Positions 45,773 to 56,084 are shown, numbered from the stretch's first letter. The stretch is DNA of 64,000 nt from Candidatus Peregrinibacteria bacterium (GCA_016188705.1 JACPHH010000009.1:98091-162090); one strand, 5' to 3'. Made by a program: numbers and translations. The notes: generated by a model from the sequence alone, not told the origin.

Positions 45773-47041
45773 ATGAAACCATCAATTTTTACATCGCTTT
45801 CGCCCAATATTGAACGAGACGATTTTGTTATGGCTCTTAAACTTTTTTTAACGCCGTGGCGGTGGAAACATGGAAAGCATGCCGAGCTCCTCGAAAAGGC
45901 GTTTGCCGATTTTTTTCAAGTACAAACAGCCGTGAGTTTTAATAGCGGCCGATCCAGTTTACTCGCTCTCCTCAAGATCTTTGACGTTCAAAAAAATGAT
46001 GAAATACTTCTTCAAGCATTTACGTGTTCCGCTGTTCCGGCGCCCATTATTTGGGCGGGAGCAAAGCCTGTTTTCGTCGACGTGGATCCGTCAACTTTCA
46101 CTCTAAGCGTTCATGATTTGGAAAAAAAAATCACTCAGCGTTCCAAAGGAATTATCGCGCAACATACTTTTGGAATCTCCGCTGACATGGAGCGTATTCT
46201 TATTATCGCGAAAAAACATGGACTTTTTGTCATTGAAGACTGCGCCCATGCCATTGGAAATGTGTATGCCGGTAATGGAAATGAACGCGATGGGAAAAAA
46301 CTCGGCACTCTCGGCGACGCAGGATTTTTCAGTTTTGGTCGTGATAAAGTCATTTCTTCGGTTTATGGCGGAATGGCCATAACGAATAATCCCGCTCTTG
46401 GTGAGAAATTACGAATGGTTCAAAGCGAGTATGAGTTTCCCCGCCTTTTTTGGATCGGTCAGCAGCTGTGGCATCCGCTTATTTTACGTATCTTGATTCC
46501 GCTTTATTATTTTCTGAATATTGGCAAAATTCTTCTGGTTCTTTTTCAAAAACTCGGACTTCTTTCCTTGGCAATATCGAAAGAAGAGCGTAGCGCCCGA
46601 AAACCATCCTTTTTTCCAAAAAAATTTCCGAATGCTCTGGCGGCTCTCGCATTTCATCAATTCAAAAAACTGGAAAAATTTCAGCAGCATCGAATATTTC
46701 TTGCTGAATTCTATAACAAGGCTTTAAAATCCTACCGAATGCGTCTGCCTCAAAATGTGGCTGGTACGATTTTTTTGCGGTATCCCCTTGCCACTCCGAG
46801 AGCCCAGGAAATTTTGCATAAAGCAAAAGAGGCTCATATAGTGCTGGGTGACTGGTACACGAGCGTTCTTGCTCCTGAAAAAATTGACATCCAACTCTAC
46901 GGATACAAAAATGGTTGTTGTCCCGTGGCTCAGCGGCTTTCAGAAGAGACTTTTAATCTGCCGACTCACATTCATATTTCCGAACGCGACGCAAAGCATA
47001 TCGTACAATTTTTGGAAAAATATCTCTCAAATATTCAGTGA
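45773..47041 (+). CDS. DegT/DnrJ/EryC1/StrS-family PLP-dependent aminotransferase
   Basis: SGRSSL, DEILLQAFTC.A...PIIWAGAKPVFVDVD, IAQHTFG, VIEDCAHAIG, FFSFGRDKVIS (PLP Lys). Confidence 0.85.
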   Translation: MKPSIFTSLSPNIERDDFVMALKLFLTPWRWKHGKHAELLEKAFADFFQVQTAVSFNSGRSSLLALLKIFDVQKNDEILLQAFTCSAVPAPIIWAGAKPVFVDVDPSTFTLSVHDLEKKITQRSKGIIAQHTFGISADMERILIIAKKHGLFVIEDCAHAIGNVYAGNGNERDGKKLGTLGDAGFFSFGRDKVISSVYGGMAITNNPALGEKLRMVQSEYEFPRLFWIGQQLWHPLILRILIPLYYFLNIGKILLVLFQKLGLLSLAISKEERSARKPSFFPKKFPNALAALAFHQFKKLEKFQQHRIFLAEFYNKALKSYRMRLPQNVAGTIFLRYPLATPRAQEILHKAKEAHIVLGDWYTSVLAPEKIDIQLYGYKNGCCPVAQRLSEETFNLPTHIHISERDAKHIVQFLEKYLSNIQ

Positions 47042-47163
47042 AATAGATATCCGTGCTCATCATTCAATCAAATATTATAACCAATTCGCTACGCGCTTAA
47101 ATGATAGCTCCCTTCCCATTGCTTCAAAAAAAGCGGTGGACAGTTACAAAATAAATTCATAGT

Positions 47164-48357
47164 ATGCATTACTCGATTCAAGAAATTACCGATAAAAAAA
47201 TTTGGGAATCATTCGCTTCAAATTTTCCGCAAAGGACGTTTCTCCATTCGTGGCATTGGGGCGAATTCAATAAAAACACGGATGAGACCATTTTTCGATT
47301 CGGAATTTACGATGATGAAAGTTCAGAGGTTCCTTCATATACCGATGGTCACTGCTTCAATATCAATGACCATGGCTCACATGCGCTTCATCATATTTCA
47401 AATACGCATCATCACGTTTCACATACGAATGACAATAGCTCAAATACTTATCATCAGAACTCAAATACGAATGACATAAATACGAAAAAATATCTAAAAG
47501 GTATTGTCCTCATTATTAAAGTCATGGCGCGTCGCGGTTCCTTTCTTTTTTGTCCACACGGCCCACTTTTGGACTGGAACGATGAGTCTCTGGTCACGGC
47601 ATTTTTTCAATTCATTCAATCATTGGGAAAAAAAGAAGGCGTTGGTTTTATACGCATCAGTCCCCTTCTCTCTAATGATGAAAAACATCGAAACATATTT
47701 TCTCGCGCTGGCTTTCGAGACGCTCCCATTCACATGATGCATCCGGAGCTTAGTTGGACGCTTGATATCACTCCGAGCGAAGCATCGATTCTTCAAGGCA
47801 TGCGAAAAACAACGCGTTACCTCGTGAAAAAAGCTGAAAAAGATGGAGTGGAAATTGAAGTGAGGAAGGATGAAAAAGCTGTCTCCATTTTTCACGAAAT
47901 TCTCCGTGACACGGTAACGAGGCAACATTTTGTTCCGTTTTCTTCGGAATACCTTCTTGGTGAATTTCAAAGTTTTCTTGAGGACGATCACATTGCTCTT
48001 TTTTTGGCGAAATATGAAGGGCGGTATATCGCAGGAGCTGTCATTGTTTTTTACGGAAATTCCGCTTTTTATCATCACGGCGCGTCTCTCGCCGCTTTTC
48101 AAAAAATTCCAGCGTCCTATCTTGTACAATGGCGCGCCATTCAGGAAGCAAAACGCCGCAACATGTCACTCTATAATTTTTGGGGCGTGGTTCCTGAAGA
48201 GCAAAAAAATCATCCGTGGTGGGGACTAAGTCTTTTCAAACGCGGTTTCGGAGGTTCTTCCATGGAATATGTTCACGCACAAGATTTTATTTTAAAAAAA
48301 ACCTATTGGATTACTTATTGCATTGAACGATTGCGGAGAATAAAACGAAGGTTATAA
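47164..48357 (+). CDS. FemAB-family peptidoglycan bridge aminoacyltransferase, with His/Asn/Ser-rich insertion
   Basis: FLHSWHWGEF, LFCPHGPL, GMRKTTRYLVKKAEK.GVEIE, AGAVIVFYGN.AFYHHGAS, LVQW.AIQEAK. Insertion DHGSHALHHISNTHHHVSHTNDNSSNTYHQNSNTND is encoded at about 47310-47490. Confidence 0.85.
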   Translation: MHYSIQEITDKKIWESFASNFPQRTFLHSWHWGEFNKNTDETIFRFGIYDDESSEVPSYTDGHCFNINDHGSHALHHISNTHHHVSHTNDNSSNTYHQNSNTNDINTKKYLKGIVLIIKVMARRGSFLFCPHGPLLDWNDESLVTAFFQFIQSLGKKEGVGFIRISPLLSNDEKHRNIFSRAGFRDAPIHMMHPELSWTLDITPSEASILQGMRKTTRYLVKKAEKDGVEIEVRKDEKAVSIFHEILRDTVTRQHFVPFSSEYLLGEFQSFLEDDHIALFLAKYEGRYIAGAVIVFYGNSAFYHHGASLAAFQKIPASYLVQWRAIQEAKRRNMSLYNFWGVVPEEQKNHPWWGLSLFKRGFGGSSMEYVHAQDFILKKTYWITYCIERLRRIKRRL

Positions 48358-48393
48358 ATTGTAACTTTCGGAATAAAAAACTTGTTTGTACTA

Positions 48394-48430
48394 TTGACAC
48401 TATATTTCACATTTGATACACTAATGTCAA
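48394..48430 (+). promoter_or_regulatory. Inverted repeat overlapping a promoter-like element upstream of abiEi (possible autoregulatory operator)
   Basis: ttgacacta (48394-402) and taatgtcaa (48422-430; reverse complement ttgacatta). Also ttgaca-17nt-tacact. Confidence 0.3.
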
Positions 48431-48434
48431 ATAT

Positions 48435-49046
48435 ATGAAAAGCAAAAAAAATCTTTTAGAACAGTTAAAAGCATTGCCCCATTTTAATAAAAATACGGTC
48501 TGTCAGCTGAGCAAACAGTTGGGGCTTAAAGATTCCACGGTTCATACTTATATCAGCCGATTTTTAAAATATAAAGAAATTTTGCAGCTAAAAAATGGGT
48601 TATATGTGTCCGGGGATTTTTTCGAAAAAAACCGAATGGATATTTCATACTCGTTTTATCTTGCTAATATTATTCGCACTCCGTCTTACGTCACTTCTTG
48701 GTCAGCTCTTCAATATTATAATCTTGCTACCGAAGCAATCTATTCTATAACTTCCGTTACTCCCAAGGTCACAAGAAGCTATCAGACAAAAGCAGGAAAT
48801 TTTTCGTATCAGTCAATAAAAAGAGACCTTTTTTCAGATTTTTCTTTAGCCAAAGGAAATTTTGATTTTTATATTGCTTCGCCATCTAAAGCGTTGTTTG
48901 ATGTATTGTATTTCAGAACTCATCAGTTTCGCGGCGTTACGATAGAAAATATTAACGCACTCATAGAAGAACTGCGCATAGATATTGACGAAATGGATAA
49001 AACGGAACAGAAAAAATTTTATTCAATGCTTAAAAAATGTATATGA
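48435..49046 (+). CDS. AbiEi-family antitoxin / transcriptional regulator (type IV TA)
   Basis: N-terminal wHTH-like FNKNTVCQLSKQLGLKDSTVHTYISRFLKYKEILQLKNGLY, then a C-terminal domain of AbiEi size. Precedes an AbiEii-type nucleotidyltransferase with an ATGA overlap. Confidence 0.75.
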   Translation: MKSKKNLLEQLKALPHFNKNTVCQLSKQLGLKDSTVHTYISRFLKYKEILQLKNGLYVSGDFFEKNRMDISYSFYLANIIRTPSYVTSWSALQYYNLATEAIYSITSVTPKVTRSYQTKAGNFSYQSIKRDLFSDFSLAKGNFDFYIASPSKALFDVLYFRTHQFRGVTIENINALIEELRIDIDEMDKTEQKKFYSMLKKCI

Positions 49047-50320
49047 GCGAACAAATAGTCACCATTTTAAAAAGAAAGCTTGATGATTTTTCCGCTTATG
49101 GAGGAATCGACGCCGAAACCATGCGTAATGCCATGAAAGAAGAATTGCAGTTTTACGTCCTCAATTTTATTTATCACCATCCGCAGTACAATAAATGGAT
49201 TATGTACGGCGGTTCCGCGCTCCGCATCATTCACAAACTTCATCGCATGTCTGTTGATTTGGATTTTGAAGTTTCTCATTCAGTGACAGATAAATTTCTG
49301 AAAAAATTAAAAAAAGAAATTGAAAATTATTTTATGAATACTTACGGCGCCAGCGCTGATTTTCTTACAATAAAAATAACTCCTGGCAGAGGGTTGCTTG
49401 TAAAATTTCACGTTGGCAAAGAATTAAGCCTTGGTCACTCATCAAATCAGGTGCACGTAAAAATTGATCTGAACCATTTTTTCGCCCCGAAAACGGTTAT
49501 CGAACGCTGGCCGATAAACCATGGCCAGCTTTCATTTGTTATTGTGACGTACAACATGTCTTCTCTGATGGCGAGCAAGTTGGCCGCTATCTTTCTCCGT
49601 GGCGCTCGTGGAGTTGGAAATGTTGTTTATGAAGAAAAGGGGCGCGATATTTATGATCTGCTTTGGTATATGGGTAAAAAAATAGTGCCAGATTTTGATT
49701 ATCTCATTGCCAAAGGCATTGACATCAAAGATCCGCGCATTCTTTTTGATAAGCTTACATTGCAGATGAACAAAGTAAGTGACTCAAATCTTAAAAACGA
49801 CCTATCTCCTTTGTTTGCAGATTCAACATTTATCACCAACTGGCTGAAAAATTGGAGAGAGAGTTATTTCAGGCTTTTAGATGGATATAACATTTGTACA
49901 GTAACAAATCTTCTTGCCATAGGCCTTACGATAGATTCTCGTACCGATGTGTTTTCCTTTATTTATATTTATGCCACGCTGGAAGGTCCTGAAATAAAGA
50001 TAGAATATCGATTGAGCGACTACTGGATACATAATCGGGAAGGCGACTTACCTATCGTCATTGACGAACATATCATCAAGCTTATGACTCCTGAAGCGCA
50101 AAAAAACATGAGACCAAAAGTAATGAAACAAAAGCAGTATGCCACACTTTTTTATCAGAAGACCGAGAATTATTTCAAAAAAATAAATCACGTAATGTTC
50201 GGCGATAGTATCGTTACGAAAATTATCCTCATGACGACAAATAATTTCAATCCAAAAGAGCAAATAGTGTTGAATAAGTCAACGTTATTATCATGCGAGC
50301 TTGATGATTTATTAAAATAA
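49043..50320 (+). CDS. AbiEii/AbiGii-family nucleotidyltransferase toxin with about 150-aa C-terminal extension
   Basis: MYGGSALRIIHKLHRMSVDLDFEV (NTase GS...DxD motif), SLMASKLAAI, GRDIYDL. 425 aa, versus about 250-300 aa as I recall for the family. Confidence 0.8.
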   Translation: MSEQIVTILKRKLDDFSAYGGIDAETMRNAMKEELQFYVLNFIYHHPQYNKWIMYGGSALRIIHKLHRMSVDLDFEVSHSVTDKFLKKLKKEIENYFMNTYGASADFLTIKITPGRGLLVKFHVGKELSLGHSSNQVHVKIDLNHFFAPKTVIERWPINHGQLSFVIVTYNMSSLMASKLAAIFLRGARGVGNVVYEEKGRDIYDLLWYMGKKIVPDFDYLIAKGIDIKDPRILFDKLTLQMNKVSDSNLKNDLSPLFADSTFITNWLKNWRESYFRLLDGYNICTVTNLLAIGLTIDSRTDVFSFIYIYATLEGPEIKIEYRLSDYWIHNREGDLPIVIDEHIIKLMTPEAQKNMRPKVMKQKQYATLFYQKTENYFKKINHVMFGDSIVTKIILMTTNNFNPKEQIVLNKSTLLSCELDDLLK

Positions 50321-50351
50321 AGGAACCTTCAAAAAATGGTGAAAAGTTAGA

Positions 50352-50512
50352 GAACCTCTGAAAAACGTACCATCTACTGCAATTTTACCATGTCGGCTGC
50401 AAAATGTTCAAAGCTCCTCAACGTATCTTATCTGATACGCCTTCGTCGCTTTTCACATTTTTCGCTCAACATGGTAAAATTTCGTTACGAAGTTACGTTT
50501 TTCAGAGGTTCC
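50352..50512. repeat. Family-1 palindromic element, full-length copy
   Basis: gaacctctgaaaaacgta...tacgtttttcagaggttc. About 95% identical to 6662..6825, with a compensatory G:C to A:T change in the terminal stem. Confidence 0.9.
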
Positions 50513-50580
50513 TTAGATGACTTTGGATTGCTTTTTTCCCAGCGAAATTTATAGTATGAAAAGACGATTGAATCATTCTC

Positions 50581-51837
50581 ATGCTTTCATTTTTTAAAAA
50601 ACGCGAACGAAAAGGAAAAGAGGTTTTTGTGCTTGCTCTCGATATTGGAACCGATATGGTAAAGGCATTCATTTCCGCGAATTCGCATAACAAAGGCTCC
50701 ATTATCGGCGTTGGCAGAAAAAAACAAAAGCTCGGCGACATGCAAAGCGGAACAGTTACTGACATCGCGAGCGTTATTGATAATTGCCATGAGGCGATTC
50801 GTGAAGCTGAAAAAATGGCAGGAGTCAGACCGGATCAGCTTATCATGGGAATCGCCGGCGAACTCGTCAAAGGTTCAACCAGCGTAACCCACTACAATCG
50901 GCCGAATCCTGATTCCAAAATTGACGTTGATGAACTCAAAACGATTATTCATAAATTGCAGTGGAAGGCTTTTGACCAAGTAAGAACGCAGATGTCCTAT
51001 GAAACCGGTTATAACGAAATCGATGTTAAACTTGTTCATGCCGCGATTACCGATGTGCGAATCGATGGCTACAAAGTAGGGAATCCTCTCGGTTTTCAAG
51101 GAAAAGATGTAACGATCAGTATTTTTAATGCTTTTGCTCCTCTTGTTCACTACGGCGCTTTGCAGACGATTGCCGCTGAGCTTGGACTTGATCTTCTCGC
51201 GATTACCGCGGAGCCTTATGCAGTCGCGCGTTCACTCGGCTATGAAGATGGAGGGAATTTCAGCGCGATTTTTATCGACATCGGCGGTGGAACGACGGAT
51301 ATTGCCGTTGTGCGCGACGGCAGCGTTGACGGTACTAAAATGTTTACGCTCGGAGGAAGAACTTTTACAAAACGGCTTGCTCAAACTCTCAACGTTTCAT
51401 TTCAAGAAGCGGAAGATATTAAAATAGCGTATTCGACTCATCAGCTCGAAAAACAGTCTCATAAAATCGTGCAAGAAGCCATGCAAAGCGACTGCGAAGT
51501 ATGGCTTTCAGGTGTCGCGCTGACGCTCAGTGAATTTTATAATATTGATATGCTTCCTTCGAAAATTCTTCTCTGCGGAGGCGGCTCACATCTTCCTGAA
51601 ATCAAGTTGGCGCTTGAGACGCGTGAGTGGAGTAAGTCGCTTTCATTCGCGCGCAAACCGCAAATTGATTTTCTTGATCCCAAAAGTGTCAGCAATATCA
51701 AAGATGAAACGAAGCAGATAAAAAACCAGCAAGATGTCACTCCCATGGCTCTGGCAAATCTTTCACTCGAACTTTCAGGAGAAGAACGTATTCTTTCAAA
51801 AATACTGCGAAAAGTCGTTCGTCTCATGCAAGTCTAA
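50581..51837 (+). CDS. ftsA: FtsA-like actin-fold ATPase (cell division)
   Basis: LALDIGTDMVKAFI, GIAGELVKG, FIDIGGGTTDIAVV, LGGRTFT, LCGGGSHLPEI. Confidence 0.8.
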   Translation: MLSFFKKRERKGKEVFVLALDIGTDMVKAFISANSHNKGSIIGVGRKKQKLGDMQSGTVTDIASVIDNCHEAIREAEKMAGVRPDQLIMGIAGELVKGSTSVTHYNRPNPDSKIDVDELKTIIHKLQWKAFDQVRTQMSYETGYNEIDVKLVHAAITDVRIDGYKVGNPLGFQGKDVTISIFNAFAPLVHYGALQTIAAELGLDLLAITAEPYAVARSLGYEDGGNFSAIFIDIGGGTTDIAVVRDGSVDGTKMFTLGGRTFTKRLAQTLNVSFQEAEDIKIAYSTHQLEKQSHKIVQEAMQSDCEVWLSGVALTLSEFYNIDMLPSKILLCGGGSHLPEIKLALETREWSKSLSFARKPQIDFLDPKSVSNIKDETKQIKNQQDVTPMALANLSLELSGEERILSKILRKVVRLMQV

Positions 51838-51867
51838 CTAAAACTATTTTTCTCTGTCCATTCAATT

Positions 51868-53709
51868 ATGCTCTCTAAAAAAAACGCAGACAATTCGGAA
51901 AAATCCCAGCAAAACGCGAATGACCCGAGTGAACACAACGAATCGAGTCAGAAAGCGGTAGTGGCGCAAGTGCCCATGAAAAAAATCCTCTACATCGACA
52001 TCGATGACGAAATTACCCAAGTCTATGACCGGATGAAAAATTTGAAAATCCGCGATATTTATATTGTGGTGCCGGCTCGCGCCGTTTTATTTCAAAGCGT
52101 GGTTAATTTGAAAATTCTCAAACGCAAAGCGATTGATCTTGATAAAAATATTTCAATTATCACGAATGACCGCATTGGCATTCATCTCGCGAATCAAGCT
52201 GGAATCACGGTTTATGACAGGATTGAAGAACCCAAAGAGAAAACAAAAGTTGATAAAATTCTTCATTCGGAACTTCGCATGAGTCCGCTTCAGGCTTTCA
52301 GTAATCCAAGGTCCCAGGAAAATCCCACTCGCTTGCCGAAGAAAAAAATTTCGATTTTCGAACTTGTCCGCCGCGCAAAATCAGATGACTCAACGATTGT
52401 CACGAAGCTCCAGCGCCGTTGGGAAAAACGCAAACAAGGTTCACCACTGATTCTTTTCCCTGCCAATAAACGCGCCATGACCGGACTCATTCTCTTGAGC
52501 GCTGTTTTGCTTCTCGCGATCAGTTATATTACTTTGCCTGGCGCGACGATTTATCTTACGCCAAAAATGAATGTTCTTGAAATGAGCGTCAATATAACTT
52601 TCGCGGATGCCGTCAAAAATAGTATTGAGCTTTCGAGTCATCCTCCTCACAGTCTGGCTTCGTATCCGGTTTCCATGACTATTAAAAAAACTCTTGTCTA
52701 CAATGCTTCCGGCCAGATTTTTCAAGGAACGAATGCTTCGGGCAAGATTACCATTATCAACGAATCGAATCACGATTGGGCGCTTAAGCCGAGAACTCGA
52801 TTTCAAACCGCGGAAGGTCTTGTTTTCCGCACATCAACATTTCTATCAGTTCCTCCCGCAACTCCCGAGGGATTTGGCACTGTTGAAGCATCTGTCACGG
52901 CTGATGAAATCGACGCGAACGGAAAGGCTATCGGTGAACGCGGCAATATTCAACCCACGAGTTTTTTCCTTCCAGGCCTCAGTGAAACGAGCCGTAACCA
53001 GCTTTATGGCAAGAGCAATCAATTGTTTGCCGGCGGCACCACTCTTGTGATTCATAAAATTATCAAAGAAGATATCGACGCGGCGAAAGAAAAAGCGAAA
53101 AAGGAAATCATTGATTCATCCGCTCAGGAGCTGAAGAACTATGTCCTCTCCATGAATAAGCAAAATGGCACTTCTCTTAATTTACTTGCTGATGATGTTA
53201 TAGGGAATGTCGCGATTAAACAATCCGAACCTCGTGTTTTTATCGCGAATGATCTGGTTGAAAAACAGTTGGAAACCTTTGAAGTCAGTTCAGAGCTTGA
53301 TGTTTCAGGTGTCGCCTTTAATCAAAATGAACTTCAAAATATACTTAAAGCCGAACTGAAACTGAGAAAAAGTCCGGAGAAACGGCTTGTCACCATTGAT
53401 GAAAATTCCGTGTATTATCGCGTTTTTGAAACAAATGAAGATACTCAAAAAATTAAAGTAACCGCAACCATTAAAGGAAAGGAAGAATATGAAATTAATC
53501 CCGATGCCGTGAACGGGGCTCGACTCATTCAAAAAATCACCGAGCATATTTTGGGAAAAAACGTGGAAGAAGCGAAAACTTTTATTCAAAATTTACCGGA
53601 AATTAATAAGGTTGAAATCAAAACCTGGCCGGTCTGGGCTCCAAGCATCCCCAAAGTTGCCAATAATATCGAAGTGAAAGTAGTAAAGGAGGGTGAATCT
53701 ATTGAATAA
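51868..53709 (+). CDS. Hypothetical bitopic membrane protein following ftsA
   Basis: 613 aa. Cytoplasmic N-terminal domain (ILYIDIDDEITQVYDRMK...), one TM segment (GLILLSAVLLLAISYITL), and a large beta-rich C-terminal domain. No family recognised. Confidence 0.6.
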   Translation: MLSKKNADNSEKSQQNANDPSEHNESSQKAVVAQVPMKKILYIDIDDEITQVYDRMKNLKIRDIYIVVPARAVLFQSVVNLKILKRKAIDLDKNISIITNDRIGIHLANQAGITVYDRIEEPKEKTKVDKILHSELRMSPLQAFSNPRSQENPTRLPKKKISIFELVRRAKSDDSTIVTKLQRRWEKRKQGSPLILFPANKRAMTGLILLSAVLLLAISYITLPGATIYLTPKMNVLEMSVNITFADAVKNSIELSSHPPHSLASYPVSMTIKKTLVYNASGQIFQGTNASGKITIINESNHDWALKPRTRFQTAEGLVFRTSTFLSVPPATPEGFGTVEASVTADEIDANGKAIGERGNIQPTSFFLPGLSETSRNQLYGKSNQLFAGGTTLVIHKIIKEDIDAAKEKAKKEIIDSSAQELKNYVLSMNKQNGTSLNLLADDVIGNVAIKQSEPRVFIANDLVEKQLETFEVSSELDVSGVAFNQNELQNILKAELKLRKSPEKRLVTIDENSVYYRVFETNEDTQKIKVTATIKGKEEYEINPDAVNGARLIQKITEHILGKNVEEAKTFIQNLPEINKVEIKTWPVWAPSIPKVANNIEVKVVKEGESIE

Positions 53710-53742
53710 CTCAGATGCATTGACAGTGTATACTATAAAAAT

Positions 53743-53873
53743 CGGATCATACGCACATTACTTTGAATAAGTCAGAATCTCGGCACGCGGAAGCTCGTCC
53801 GGATCATACGTTTTTTCCTTTGAAAAAAAATACATATCGCTGGAAGGAGGGAGCTCGTCGCTCGGATACTCGG
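53743..53873 (+). repeat. Family-2 interspersed repeat, copy b (two tandem units)
   Basis: cggatcatacgcacattactttgaa...gaagctcgtccggatcatacg, followed by tttgaaaaaaaatacatatcgctggaaggagggagctcgtcgctcggatactcgg. Units are bounded by ggatcatacg. Confidence 0.8.
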
Positions 53874-53953
53874 GTGCCTTTCAAAGGCGTTTCATTGTGA
53901 TTTTTTAGTTCGTGCTGTATAATTTTTAAGAAAACTTTTTGAATTATTTCTCT

Positions 53954-55461
53954 ATGAGTGAACATATATCCATTACAAAACGATCGGAAAATTATCCTCA
54001 ATGGTATCTCGATATTATAGAAGCAGCCGATCTTGCTGAACATTCGGTCGTGAAAGGCTGCATGGTCATTAAACCCTACGGCTACAGCATTTGGGAAAAT
54101 ATTCAAAAAATACTTGATCGAAAGTTTAAGGAAACAGGCCATGTGAACGCGTATTTTCCACTCTTTATTCCAAAGTCTTTTTTGAGTCGCGAAGCTGAGC
54201 ATATTCAAGGATTTGCCAAAGAATGCGCTGTCGTGACCCATCATCGCCTTATAAATGACCCCGAGGGCAAAGGCGTGATCGTCGATCCCGACGCGAAACT
54301 TGAAGAGGAACTTATCGTGCGTCCCACTTCGGAAACCATCATCCACGCGACTTACGCCAAGTGGATTCAGTCATGGAGAGATCTTCCAATTCTCATAAAT
54401 CAATGGGCGAATGTTGTGCGATGGGAACTGCGAACCAGACTTTTTTTGCGGACTGTCGAGTTTTTGTGGCAGGAGGGCCACACGGCTCATGCCACGGAAA
54501 AGGAAGCTGAAGCAGAAACTTTGAAAATGTATGAAGTGTATAAAAATTTTGCTCAAGATTATTTTGCTTTGCCGATTGTCGGCGGACTGAAAACCGAAGC
54601 GGAAAAATTCGCAGGCGCGCTTCGAACCTATACCATTGAAGCAATGATGCAGGACAAAAAGGCGCTCCAGACAGGAACTTCGCATAATCTCGGCCAAAAT
54701 TTCGCACAAGCGTTTGACATTCAATTTACGGATCGAGATGGCGTTCGAAAATATGTATGGCAGACGAGCTGGGGCGTGAGTACTCGGCTTATTGGGGCTC
54801 TTATTATGGCTCACGGTGATGACCGAGGCTTGATTCTTCCTCCTAAAATCGCCCCTATAAAAATTGTTATCATTCCGATTTGGAAAACGGATGAGGAAAA
54901 AATGGCAGTTATTTCTTACGTCTACGAACTCAAAAAGATGGTTGCATCGCTTTTTTCTGATATGAGTTTTGAAACTTCGAATTCGAGTATTCACATCGAT
55001 GAACGGGATCACCTGACTCCTGGAAGCAAATTTCACGAATGGGAAAAAAAGGGCGTTCCTGTGCGAATTGAAGTTGGCCCAAAAGATATCGAAAAAGATC
55101 AAGTGGTATTGGTTCGTCGCGACACATCGGAAAAATCTTTCGTACCGCGCGGATCGGCAGAAAAAGAAATTGAGCGAATTTTGAGCGAAATACAGGAGAA
55201 ACTTTTTAAACGCGCTTTAGATTTTCAACGAAATAATTCGCATGAAGTCAATAATTATAAGGAATTTAAAGAAATTTTGGAAAAGATGGCGGTTTCATCT
55301 ATGCTCATTGGTGCGGCTCGAATAAATGTGAAAAGAAAATCAGCGAAGAAACTCTGGCTACCATTCGTTGTATTCCGTTTGACCAGAAAAAGGAAAAAGG
55401 CAGTTGTATTTTCTGTGGCGGCGCGTCCAAAAACCGCGTCCTCTTCGCCAAAGCCTATTAG
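53954..55461 (+). CDS. proS: Prolyl-tRNA synthetase (archaeal/eukaryotic-like type), interrupted by a 1-nt frameshift near 55281-55285
   Basis: Class II motifs FRTEL-like ([33 protein letters not shown]). After ...KEFKEILEK the authentic C-terminus [58 protein letters not shown] continues in the -1 frame and stops at 55459-55461. The track ORF (to 55486) stays open by chance with a non-homologous tail. Confidence 0.88.
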
Positions 55462-55496
55462 GCAGTGTTCATTATACGCATACTGAGTAAGAAGGC

Positions 55497-55757
55497 TTAA
55501 AAATCTCTGTAGGCAATTTTTCTGTGTCTTATGTGAACAATAACAATTTTATGGTCATTTTTGAGAACTTGAAATATCACTCTATAGTCTCCTACTCTCA
55601 TTCGATAAAAGGTTTTCAGTGTTTGTATTTTTTTTACACCTCCTGTTTCCGGAAATTTTTTAAGCTCGTCTATTTTTTTAAATATGTTTTCGTGAAAAAC
55701 GGCATCAATTTTTCGTAAATCCTTTTCAACTGAAATTTTGAACTCTATTCCCATCAT
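55497..55757 (-). CDS. RelE/ParE-family type II toxin
   Basis: KKIQTLKTFYRMRVGDYRVIFQVLKNDHKIVIVHIRHRKIAYR is the canonical RelE/ParE C-terminal pattern. Confidence 0.85.
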   Translation of the reverse strand: MMGIEFKISVEKDLRKIDAVFHENIFKKIDELKKFPETGGVKKIQTLKTFYRMRVGDYRVIFQVLKNDHKIVIVHIRHRKIAYRDF

Positions 55758-55763
55758 ATTGTA

Positions 55764-55934
55764 TCATTTCATTTTTTTCATGAGTTCACTGCATATTATT
55801 GTTTTTTCTTTTTTTCTTTCGGCAATGATTCGTAAATCATGCAAGTCCTCATGCAATTCATCGAATTGACCAATAGAGAGGACAACTGCTAACTTTTTTC
55901 CTTTTTCATCTGTTACAAATTGTTGTTTTAGCAT
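55764..55934 (-). CDS. Small antitoxin candidate (56 aa, below the ORF-track cutoff)
   Basis: Manual translation gives MLKQQFVTDEKGKKLAVVLSIGQFDELHEDLHDLRIIAERKKEKTIICSELMKKMK*. It ends 6 nt upstream of the RelE start. Phd/YefM- or DUF2281-like size and position. Confidence 0.6.
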   Translation of the reverse strand: MLKQQFVTDEKGKKLAVVLSIGQFDELHEDLHDLRIIAERKKEKTIICSELMKKMK

Positions 55935-56084
55935 TTTTATGGTAAGGTAATCTTTTTTTTATTTTAAATTCATAATTTTTTTTTGTATATTTAAATCTAT
56001 TGACATATTTTTATATTTATGTTATAAGAAATTCCTATATCAATGATTTTTGAATTTATTACCCAATTTTCTATTTTTAATCAA

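Noticed and set aside
53743-53873. CRISPR array interpretation of the interspersed repeats (families 1-3).
   Set aside because: The copies are scattered over 60 kb with irregular spacing. At most two units are adjacent. Repeat lengths run 50-270 bp with internal palindromes, and there are no cas genes.
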